Below, piece by piece: positions 7,178 to 15,333 of a stretch of DNA of 18,847 nucleotides. The notes under the pieces are model-generated. The model ran no database searches. It was given only the letters and a program-made list of their open reading frames with translations, and had not been told where the DNA came from. Origin of the DNA: Candidatus Thorarchaeota archaeon (GTDB taxonomy: Archaea > Asgardarchaeota > Thorarchaeia > Thorarchaeales > Thorarchaeaceae). The DNA is taken from the NCBI GenBank assembly GCA_029858305.1, contig JAOUFI010000040.1, forward strand, positions 1 through 18,847, written 5' to 3'. Numbering within the stretch: position 1 is the stretch's first letter; every line of letters starts with the position of its first letter. A program made the translations under genes and the position numbers.

Positions 7178-10100
7178 CTAACTCTCGTCTTCTATTGATT
7201 CAGGGGCTCGAATTAACTCGCTCGCGAATGGAGACACATCTGTGGTAACAAGATAATGCCCCTCTAAAGCTGCCATTATTGCCTTATAGACCCGGCCTTC
7301 TTCTAGGCCACATGTTGCAATCTCTGAGGCAAGTTCTTCCAGCTTGAACTGAACGCCCCGCTTTCGAGCAATCCTCTCTAAGGCACAAGTGTTCGTTGGC
7401 AATTTCTTTGCGTCGTCTAGTTTGTAGGTCCTAAGAAGAGCTCCATCAAGGCTGTCTTCGAATAATGCATCGAACTGCATCTTTGTATGCTGGTCAAGAA
7501 CAACTATCGGCACCTCACTATAGGAATCATCAAAGATGAAACCTACCTTCTTAGCAAATTGAATCATTCTCTCACGTTGTTCCGGTGATGGGTTCCCTGT
7601 TGTGATGAATGCACAGACCAATCTATTCGTAGAAATGACCCTGATTATATCCGAAATAGGAATCAGTCCCCACTCCTCTGAAGATGTTTCTATATCAAAC
7701 TCTCCTCGGAAACTAGTAATTGCTGTGATGAATGCTGAGATTACTGTTTCTTCAAGCCCATCTCTAAGGATCTTAGAATACACAGGCAATCCACTATCTT
7801 TGTGGAGGACAATAACACCTAGGAGACTTTTCACATCATCAAATCGTCTCTTAATGGCAAGAGCTATCTTGTTCTGTTGTATCCTACGCTTTCTTGCACT
7901 CCTTCTATAACCAAGTCCAACTGCTATACCTCCAATTCCTAGGTAAAATAAGAAGTATTGGCGAACTGACATAATCAACATTGTAGCAGCATCTCTTCCT
8001 GGTTGTAATCGCTCTGTGAATGGTTCATCAAGTATACAGTTGGCAACATCACACGAGATGACAATGTAGAATGTACCATCTGCCGATGGCATTTCTAAAT
8101 CTGCGGTATACACTCCAGCTGTTGCTGACGAAACCATCAGTTTGTCTTGTAGATATACTGGGACTCCATCAGATCTATGAACGTTGAAGAACACGGTTGC
8201 CCCTGTGATTGGAACTCCTGTATCCGCTTCAGTGATTTTGACTCTGAGGGTTGTTATAAAGCCCTCAAGTCCGCTGAGCCCCTGAATCACCTCAATGGCA
8301 ATCGGAACTTCCACGACTGTGAAATTAAGCCTGTAATTCCACGTTTCAAACCCGTTTCTTTCAAAGCTTAAGACAACACTATAGACTCCCAATTCTACTG
8401 GTGTCAGATTTACTGAATATTGCCCAGAAAAGAGTTCAGTAAAAGCCACCCAGCTAGCTCCCTCACCAAAGGGCACTACATTAGCATTATGGATATTGCT
8501 GCTGTTTGATTCAAACATGTAACTAAAATTGAAAAGATACGAACGTCCAATGAGTAAGTCATCCAATGAGCTTGTAAGTTGAACAGAAGTATCGATTTCC
8601 TGCACTTCAAACAGAAACTGTTTAGTTGCAATATAATGATCTGTTTTGTTTGCTGTTATGGTTAATGACCATATACCTACAGCCTGACCTCTGATGCTAA
8701 TCAAATAGTATCCTGCATATTCACTGATACTTATGATGAGTCCAGGATCCTGAGTGAGAACTGAAACATTAGCTCCACCTACATTGATCGGTGTTGCAGT
8801 ATCTGCTCGATAATAGTAGATAGTAAGTAGGTATGGTTCTTCAAATTCAACAAGAGCTGAAGAAATATCACCCTCAAACTCGATTCTTGTTTCAATTTCT
8901 GTCACAATCAACGTAAAGGCTGCACTCGAACTCTGATAGTTTTCTGCAGAACTCCTAAAGAGCACGTGGAAAGTGCCTTTTTCTAACGGTGTCAGAGTGA
9001 AATTGTACAATCCTCCTCCAAGTGGAACAACATCTAATATAGTCAAACCAGCAGGTGGATTAACGATAGTGATGTTTGCGGCATCGATGGGACTAAGACT
9101 CTCATCTTGAAAACTTAATTGCACTGTGTAGTTTTGATCCACAGCAATTCTAGCACTTGATGGAAACGATGTAAGCACTGTTGGGATGCGTGTCGCAGTC
9201 AGAGTGAATGTCACATACTGAGTTTCATGATTGAGAAGACTTGCACTCATAACCACAGAGAATGAACCCGCAGAAGTTGGTGAAAGTGTAATAGCATAAA
9301 ATCCATCAACCAGAGGTGTGAAAACTGTATAGTTTAATCCTGTAGCTGGAGTCGTTGCAAGCACTTGGAGATTTGCTCCGGGAAGTCCCGCTCCTGTACT
9401 GTTTTCATATTCTAGGACAAGTGTATAATTACCACCAAACAGGACCATATCTGCTGATCCATTGAGAAGTGTAAGAGTTGTCCCAGTTTCTCCAATGATA
9501 AGTGTAAATATGTCTGAAGCCGCATGACAATACGATTTGTTCAATGTGATTGTTATCGGATAGGTCGCTGAGAGATCACATATGATATCAACTGAATAAT
9601 GGCCATTATTGTTATCATTAAAGTTGCTCCATGACAAACCACCTCCTGGGCCTGAATGAGTGATGTCAAGCACAGCCCCTGGGATTCCGGTCCCATTAAG
9701 TAATTCATAATCCATCTGTACGGTGAAAACTTCGTTCAATCCTCGCTCTATGGGTATTGATCCAGCATTAAGAATTTCAAGTGTAGTTTGTTGTGTTGCT
9801 GTTACAATAAACTGAGTGGAAATGTCATCAAAGTAGGGTCTAGATGCAGTTACGATAACAGTGTATTGACCGCCTGTTACTAAGGACGTATCAAACTCAC
9901 CTCGCCACCAATTCTTGACCAAGTCTTGCGTAAATGGAACTGTAGAACCAGTCCAGTTTGCTGTAATTGAGATAGAATCATCAAGAAGATAGGCAGAGGT
10001 ATCTGCATCAGTATAGTAAACAAAGTTTGAGATAATCAAGCCCACATCGGTTTGGATTGTAGAATACATCGCAGGCACAGCAAGTGATGCCGTATGGTAC

Positions 10101-11902
10101 ATGTCAAAAGAAGTTGATCCATATGCAATCTCAGTACCATTTGTCCATGCCGCGACAACACGCCACTCTCCAGCTGTAGTATTCAAACCTCCGAGAGTTC
10201 TCTGGTCTGTGTTGACAACTCCACCTGTCCCTGTTGATAGAGAGTCCTGTGACCATGTAGTATCATCTGGAGATAACCAAGTCACATTGACCGGGTCTGA
10301 AATAGTCGGAGTTTCAGAAACTGTACCAAGAGTCACCGATACTCTAGTTATATTTCCTGGTCTAAAGAGTATATTTTCTGACCATCCGCCATCATAAATC
10401 TGTACATGGATAGACTCCGAATAGTTGGGTGATTCTAATGTCAACTGCCACCACCCTAATCTGTTTAAAATTGAAGTAGGAATCTCTAATGACCCGGGAG
10501 AGAATGTACATTGACCGCTCACATCATTCAGAAACGGGTCAAATACAGTAACATTCTCCCAATCAAATGGGAGATACATCTCAACTGTAAAATTCTCGTA
10601 GATGGCAACTCCTTCACTTCCTATGTATGTGAAGATAGATAAGACTGCACTTGCGCCTGCGTCTATTGTGTACGCCACACCTTCTTTCGTTGGCTGTGGT
10701 GCCCATAAGGAACTTCCATAATTGTGAGAAAGTAATTTCACTTCATAATCACATGATATACTAACATTTGCAGAGATTCCAACACTCAGTTCACTATCAC
10801 TCCAATAACTTGGATTGCTAATGATTGCAGTACCATAATTGGAGAGTTCTGTGATTGGCGTACTGAAAGTCCCAGCATTGAATGTGAGATTGACAGCCTC
10901 GTAGCTCGGTTGATTCACACTCAACAGGCTAATGTTGTCAAGAAGCACCCTGTTAATCTGAGCTAGGCTATAATCTAACTCACTATCCTCATCATAATCT
11001 GCGCCTGGATATGTAATATAGTAATCAGCGGGCGGAGGTTTGACTGTTTCAATAGAGATTCCAATCTGTAGTTCAAATGAAGAAGGTTGATCTAGTAAAT
11101 TAGGGACCACAAACTCATACCATGTATCCAATGAAGGACACTCAGTCAAGAGATCAATATAAGCAACAAGAACGCCATCAATGAGAACATCAAGCCACAG
11201 CCAACCATTTACTTCAATTGGTGGATTGTCAATAATTCCATAATTATAATTATACATGAAACTCAAGGTGAGATTGTCTGAGTAAGGTGCATTGTTAATA
11301 GTCTGATTCCAGTAGATGAAAGTTCCATCCCAATGTCTATATTCTACTAACCCTCCTGGTGTCGCTAGTTGTCCCTTACTTTCTAACACAATATACCCAT
11401 TTTCATCGTCATAGGTGGAAGAAACATTCTGTAGACCTGCACTCGGATCATCATAATCCAGACTCCATCCATATGGATATGCCGCCATTGCATTTGGATG
11501 ATAATTCGTACCAGCAATGCCATTGTCTAGAGTACCATTCTCGGCATAGAGCCTTGTCATGTTCCGCATTTCGAGTTCTGCTTGACTGCCGACCCATCCT
11601 GTCGCATTATCAATTGGGATAGAGCTTTGCTCGTTAAGACCTGAATCAGTAGAAACATAAAGTGAACCTGTTCCTGAAAATCCGTATTGCTCAACAACGA
11701 CTGGGTCAAGAACACCATTGATTGAGTCTGCAGCGATTGCTGATCTATCTTCTAATATAGGCGAGTCCAGAAATTCCTTTGCGTGTTCTAATGTGTCTTG
11801 GTTTAACTTATGAGTAGTGTCTATGTTTGCACTTGGACCACTAAACGCAGCCATGAAGAGGACAAAGACAAAAAGCGTGACTACTAGACGACGAAACGGC
11901 AT
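7178..11902 (-). CDS. 1574-aa single-pass surface/receptor-like protein: signal peptide, beta-rich N-region, about 7-8 Ig-like repeats, TM, cytoplasmic longin-like domain and C-terminal winged helix
   Basis: Signal MPFRRLVVTLFVFVLFMAAFS. Repeats of about 100 aa (T-x-L...Y...G-x-x-I-x-GAN...G-x-Y-x-I-x-L...G-x-Y). TM YFLFYLGIGGIAVGLGY followed by RRSARKRR. Cytoplasmic LLGVIVLHKDSGLPVYSK...VISAFITAITSF. Confidence 0.85.
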   Translation of the reverse strand: MPFRRLVVTLFVFVLFMAAFSGPSANIDTTHKLNQDTLEHAKEFLDSPILEDRSAIAADSINGVLDPVVVEQYGFSGTGSLYVSTDSGLNEQSSIPIDNATGWVGSQAELEMRNMTRLYAENGTLDNGIAGTNYHPNAMAAYPYGWSLDYDDPSAGLQNVSSTYDDENGYIVLESKGQLATPGGLVEYRHWDGTFIYWNQTINNAPYSDNLTLSFMYNYNYGIIDNPPIEVNGWLWLDVLIDGVLVAYIDLLTECPSLDTWYEFVVPNLLDQPSSFELQIGISIETVKPPPADYYITYPGADYDEDSELDYSLAQINRVLLDNISLLSVNQPSYEAVNLTFNAGTFSTPITELSNYGTAIISNPSYWSDSELSVGISANVSISCDYEVKLLSHNYGSSLWAPQPTKEGVAYTIDAGASAVLSIFTYIGSEGVAIYENFTVEMYLPFDWENVTVFDPFLNDVSGQCTFSPGSLEIPTSILNRLGWWQLTLESPNYSESIHVQIYDGGWSENILFRPGNITRVSVTLGTVSETPTISDPVNVTWLSPDDTTWSQDSLSTGTGGVVNTDQRTLGGLNTTAGEWRVVAAWTNGTEIAYGSTSFDMYHTASLAVPAMYSTIQTDVGLIISNFVYYTDADTSAYLLDDSISITANWTGSTVPFTQDLVKNWWRGEFDTSLVTGGQYTVIVTASRPYFDDISTQFIVTATQQTTLEILNAGSIPIERGLNEVFTVQMDYELLNGTGIPGAVLDITHSGPGGGLSWSNFNDNNNGHYSVDIICDLSATYPITITLNKSYCHAASDIFTLIIGETGTTLTLLNGSADMVLFGGNYTLVLEYENSTGAGLPGANLQVLATTPATGLNYTVFTPLVDGFYAITLSPTSAGSFSVVMSASLLNHETQYVTFTLTATRIPTVLTSFPSSARIAVDQNYTVQLSFQDESLSPIDAANITIVNPPAGLTILDVVPLGGGLYNFTLTPLEKGTFHVLFRSSAENYQSSSAAFTLIVTEIETRIEFEGDISSALVEFEEPYLLTIYYYRADTATPINVGGANVSVLTQDPGLIISISEYAGYYLISIRGQAVGIWSLTITANKTDHYIATKQFLFEVQEIDTSVQLTSSLDDLLIGRSYLFNFSYMFESNSSNIHNANVVPFGEGASWVAFTELFSGQYSVNLTPVELGVYSVVLSFERNGFETWNYRLNFTVVEVPIAIEVIQGLSGLEGFITTLRVKITEADTGVPITGATVFFNVHRSDGVPVYLQDKLMVSSATAGVYTADLEMPSADGTFYIVISCDVANCILDEPFTERLQPGRDAATMLIMSVRQYFLFYLGIGGIAVGLGYRRSARKRRIQQNKIALAIKRRFDDVKSLLGVIVLHKDSGLPVYSKILRDGLEETVISAFITAITSFRGEFDIETSSEEWGLIPISDIIRVISTNRLVCAFITTGNPSPEQRERMIQFAKKVGFIFDDSYSEVPIVVLDQHTKMQFDALFEDSLDGALLRTYKLDDAKKLPTNTCALERIARKRGVQFKLEELASEIATCGLEEGRVYKAIMAALEGHYLVTTDVSPFASELIRAPESIEDES
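8030..10095 (-). repeat. About 7 tandem diverged Ig-like domains of about 100 aa (protein-level repeat; boundaries approximate)
   Basis: Recurring pairs GTGIPGAV/NGHYSVDI, GAGLPGAN/DGFYAITL, SPIDAAN/GGLYNFTL, NVGGAN/AGYYLISI, NIHNAN/SGQYSVNL and GVPITGAT/AGVYTADL. Confidence 0.7.
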
Positions 11903-11935
11903 ATGGCATCACTCATATTAGGGATAAATAGCATT

Positions 11936-11973
11936 CCTGCAATCATAAACTATTCTTGCCTGTAATAATAAAC
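11936..11973. repeat. Imperfect 15-bp direct repeat upstream of the giant gene
   Basis: CCTGCAATCATAAAC (11936-11950) and CCTGTAATAATAAAC (11959-11973) are 13/15 identical with a 23-bp period. Confidence 0.6.
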
Positions 11974-11994
11974 GAACTCTGCATGAACTTCGTC

Positions 11995-12615
11995 TTAGTT
12001 TCGATGAGGAAAGAACATTGGAACAGCTTTTTGATACTCTCGATAATCATTACCAAATTCCCTGACGAGCTCCTTTTCCTCCTTCCAACAGAGAAGCCAG
12101 TTAATAAGAATCACAATTGGAGTCACGAGTAGCGAATAGAATCCTGAAACAATTAATGTAATCCCGATGTGAGACAACATAGCTCCTAAATACTGTGGGT
12201 GACGAATGTGTGAATAGATGCCGGTAGTGATAATTCGCGCCGGCCTATGAGTTTCTGATGCTTTGAGACCAATCTCTGAAACTCCCCGTATTCCAAGCCA
12301 GGCCCCAGGAGCAATAAAGACCAGTGAAAGAATTAGGTGCAAAACAGGGATTTGAAGTGTGAGAAATCCAAAGATAGGAATGATGAATTGCGTTTCTTGC
12401 ATGAGGGGAATGACAAACCGTGCTTGCGGTGATACCCAGAGTCCGAACAAAAACAGGAAGATTCCCCATCCTGAGATCATACCTAGAATTACGCCAATTC
12501 TGGTACCTCTCTCTTCTCCGTACTTCTCTACTAGTCGAGCATGACTAACAGACACAAAATGAATTGGAACGACAGCGATAACGCCCAGAAACGAGAGAAA
12601 GAACCAGAATGACAT
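11995..12615 (-). CDS. Isoprenylcysteine carboxylmethyltransferase / PEMT-family membrane methyltransferase
   Basis: IITTGIYSHIRHPQYLG and EEKELVREFGNDYREYQKAVPMFFP are hallmark ICMT/PEMT motifs. Confidence 0.9.
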   Translation of the reverse strand: MSFWFFLSFLGVIAVVPIHFVSVSHARLVEKYGEERGTRIGVILGMISGWGIFLFLFGLWVSPQARFVIPLMQETQFIIPIFGFLTLQIPVLHLILSLVFIAPGAWLGIRGVSEIGLKASETHRPARIITTGIYSHIRHPQYLGAMLSHIGITLIVSGFYSLLVTPIVILINWLLCWKEEKELVREFGNDYREYQKAVPMFFPHRN

Positions 12616-12721
12616 GGGAAATGCTTTAGGCTTTCTCCAATATCACTATAGCTGTTTCAACGCAAGAGTATTATTCTAGATGCTTCATTGTTATTCGACA
12701 ATTTTACATGAGGTTGTTAGA

Positions 12722-13081
12722 ATGTCAAATGAAGAAATGCTTGAAGAATTAAGAGAGATACGAAAACTACTCACTCCTGCGCCTGCACCATCTCCACCAA
12801 AAGGACTGGTCAATGAGTTCATTGATTTCATATCCCAGTATAAGGTTCTGGGATTGGCTGTTGCGTTCATTTTGGGTATCTACATTGGTGAGGTGATAAA
12901 GGCTCTCGTCAATAGTTTCATCATGCCTTTGATTCAATTTGCTCTGCCGGGCATCGGTGGGACTGATGTGACCTATGTACTTGCAGCAGGTCCAATTGTA
13001 AACAGTATAATCACATTCATCATTGTTGCATTTGTGGTCTTTATAATCGTAAAAATCGCTACTAGAATGGGAATCAAATAA
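12722..13081 (+). CDS. mscL: Large-conductance mechanosensitive channel MscL, atypical (bundle helix at N-terminus)
   Basis: LVNEFIDFISQYKVLGLAVAFILG (S1 and TM1), ALVNSFIMPLI, and GPIVNSIITFIIVAFVVFIIVK (TM2). ATG 12722 is preceded by GAGGTT. Confidence 0.9.
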   Translation: MSNEEMLEELREIRKLLTPAPAPSPPKGLVNEFIDFISQYKVLGLAVAFILGIYIGEVIKALVNSFIMPLIQFALPGIGGTDVTYVLAAGPIVNSIITFIIVAFVVFIIVKIATRMGIK

Positions 13082-13091
13082 AGCAGCACTG

Positions 13092-13140
13092 AAAAAAAAA
13101 TATGGGAGGGGAGCATCTACTCCCCCACCTTTTCACTTTC
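13092..13140. terminator. Bidirectional hairpin terminator
   Basis: A9 tract, GGGGAG-CATCTA-CTCCCC (13108-13125), then CCTTTTCACTTTC. Lies between convergent mscL and the 69-aa gene. Confidence 0.6.
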
Positions 13141-13153
13141 TATCATACGCGGA

Positions 13154-13363
13154 TTACTTTACGGCTCCAATAATGAGCAGAATTACACCAAGTCCCAATA
13201 GAATGAGCATGAGCTCCGAGAAATCATATCCTGCTAGTGGGAGTGTGTAGATTCCCAAATAGAAGTAATCGGCATATGCTGCAAATCCAACCATTGGTAA
13301 GATAAGAGGTAAGATTCCTACTATGATAAGTAGGAGTCCGAGTATAGCTAAACCCTTTCCCAT
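13154..13363 (-). CDS. Small two-TM membrane protein (69 aa), unknown function
   Basis: Two hydrophobic helices around an aromatic loop. GGAGA lies upstream of the ATG, and the ORF fills an intergenic gap ending at a terminator. Confidence 0.75.
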   Translation of the reverse strand: MGKGLAILGLLLIIVGILPLILPMVGFAAYADYFYLGIYTLPLAGYDFSELMLILLGLGVILLIIGAVK

Positions 13364-13597
13364 TCTTTACATCTCCGGATGGTATGTTTTTTCATGGACA
13401 AATCAGTATATTTGCGTTCCGTGTTGTATTATCTAGATATAACTAGCATAATATCTAGCATAACGAAGAATCCACTCACTCAACGGAAGTAGCCTTTGAA
13501 TACCTAAGTCATTATATGTGAAACGTGCAAGTCGGGAGCTTCTGGAACATCTGATTCAATAGAAACGCCTTGAATTTCTTAGTATTGGCGATTATCA

Positions 13598-14779
13598 TCA
13601 TCCTCCTGATATTGGCAGCAAAGAATCATTTACGAAGCTCTCAAGATGTTTTCTTGACTGCTCTAGGATTTCTTGATGATTTCCGGCTTCCTTTCTATAG
13701 ATGCTCGTGACTATCTTCTTTTGCCCTCCCTTATCGTCGATCTCCCATCTTCCCACGACCTCCCCATTTAACCAGATTGATGGTCGTACTTCTCCTGTGG
13801 CACGCAATCCGGGGCTTGGCATCACCCTCGGTGCATTGGGATTTGAAGGCCAGAAGTGCCTTCTATCTGCTGGAAACAGTTTTGGTTGAATCTCCTCTCC
13901 AATGAAACTTGTTCTGTCGATGAATGCTTTGAGAAAATGGTCCTCGTATGGGAGGAACCAGACCACGTCCTTATCCGGCACCTCAAGAGAAGCTGCAATC
14001 TCATAATCTGATCGCATCATGTGTTTCTCCTGGTTCGGTAGTTTTACATTTACCACAGTCTGGCCAATCCTTTCTATTGAGTTCTTCACAGCCGTTTTAG
14101 TAATTCTCAACCACCATGCAATGTCGTCAATTGATACAGGCCCAAATAACTCAATGTGACGTTCTATCAGTTCATCAATGGCTTCCTGTTCATTCAGTTG
14201 TTTCATCCGAAAACCATCAACCCATTTGTCCATCAGAGCATAGGAAGTGAGATTATTTCGAGCGTGGCTTGCTTTTGCTCGGACCACCTCACCCCGAGCC
14301 ATGAGCATCACCAAGGCAGATCGCATGTGCCTCTCTATATCAGGAGCTGCTCGTTTCAATTCACTCATTTGTTGTGGACCATCATGTAGAGTTTCCTTCA
14401 CGCGATTCAACAGATGCTCGATTTCCTGATCACTTAACTGGTCCATTTTTCTAAACTTGTCTGTTCTTGATGCTCTAAACAAAGCAGGTCCAGTAGCCGC
14501 GAGTATAAGGGGGAGATTATCAACGTGAATGACATGCAATGTGGTTCTGAATGCATGGGTTCTGACCAATTTCATTCCGCTATTGATTGACTCAAACATT
14601 TTTTCCACATCATAGTCACCTATTCTCGCCCACACAGAGAAATAGGGTGTCCAATAATCTGTGGAATGGAGTCCAAGCTGTGTCTTAACCAAATCATAAA
14701 AGTCGAGGGCTTTCTCATCAAGAAGATGCTGCTTTCGAAGTTGGTTCCATCGAATCTGTTCTGGAGTAGGGTCCACCAT
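13598..14779 (-). CDS. AlkZ/YcaQ-family (HTH_42) winged-helix DNA glycosylase-like protein
   Basis: GLHSTD...PYFSVWARI, LVRTHAFRTTLHVI, FGPVSIDDIAWWLRI, FLPYEDHFL and RPSIWLNGEVVGRW. Confidence 0.88.
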   Translation of the reverse strand: MVDPTPEQIRWNQLRKQHLLDEKALDFYDLVKTQLGLHSTDYWTPYFSVWARIGDYDVEKMFESINSGMKLVRTHAFRTTLHVIHVDNLPLILAATGPALFRASRTDKFRKMDQLSDQEIEHLLNRVKETLHDGPQQMSELKRAAPDIERHMRSALVMLMARGEVVRAKASHARNNLTSYALMDKWVDGFRMKQLNEQEAIDELIERHIELFGPVSIDDIAWWLRITKTAVKNSIERIGQTVVNVKLPNQEKHMMRSDYEIAASLEVPDKDVVWFLPYEDHFLKAFIDRTSFIGEEIQPKLFPADRRHFWPSNPNAPRVMPSPGLRATGEVRPSIWLNGEVVGRWEIDDKGGQKKIVTSIYRKEAGNHQEILEQSRKHLESFVNDSLLPISGG

Positions 14780-14842
14780 TTATGGTCCTTCAGATTAGGA
14801 GGTTTAGTTGTAATCTATCTATCGCTTTTTTTTGAGTGCATG

Positions 14843-15307
14843 CTACTCGAGTCCAGCAATTGTAATCTCAGCAGTTCTTGTATGACCTCTGACTTCGACT
14901 ATTCGGGCGCCAAAACCTCCAATTATCCCGCTAAAAAGCCAGATGAGGTAAACACCTTGAGATATCTCAAGCGTTATTGGGCTCCATCCGAAACCTGTAC
15001 CTAGGAGTTGCCAGACGACAATATCCAATGCCAAGACTAGAATCAAAAACACAAAGCCAGCAAGTATGCCCTTGACTAAGGCGCAAATATGAAATCTGAG
15101 ACTGCATCCTCCGCCAACAAGATTCCTATATGTGATTGGAATAACTGCAATGGGGACGCCGATCATCGTTGCCATCCAGTAGTAACTAGGATCGAGAAAC
15201 GTCCCGATCAATATCCCTGCAAAAAGAAGCATGGGATATAGAATTGCCAAAGTCTTCGGAATCCATAGCCAACTCTTCAATTCAGTAACTATGCTCAATC
15301 TTCTCAC
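14843..15307 (-). CDS. Hypothetical four-TM membrane protein
   Basis: Four hydrophobic segments, loop GGGCSLRFHIC, and GIIGGFGA in the last helix. Start uncertain (GTG 15307 or TTG 15298). Confidence 0.75.
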   Translation of the reverse strand: MRRLSIVTELKSWLWIPKTLAILYPMLLFAGILIGTFLDPSYYWMATMIGVPIAVIPITYRNLVGGGCSLRFHICALVKGILAGFVFLILVLALDIVVWQLLGTGFGWSPITLEISQGVYLIWLFSGIIGGFGARIVEVRGHTRTAEITIAGLE

Positions 15308-15333
15308 TGATTCTCACGAGTTTCTATGATAGA

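Noticed and set aside
12680-12721. Upstream ATG extension of mscL
   Set aside because: GAGGTT sits in front of ATG 12722 and the extension has no protein-like features.
13520-13601. Possible C/D box sRNA on the minus strand (ATGATGA, then CTAA 12 nt later)
   Set aside because: The C-box match is simply the tandem TGA TGA stop codons of the glycosylase gene; no convincing C' or terminal CTGA follows.
15301-15317. TTCTCAC direct repeat with a 10-bp period
   Set aside because: Short, overlaps the start and SD region, and is plausible by chance.
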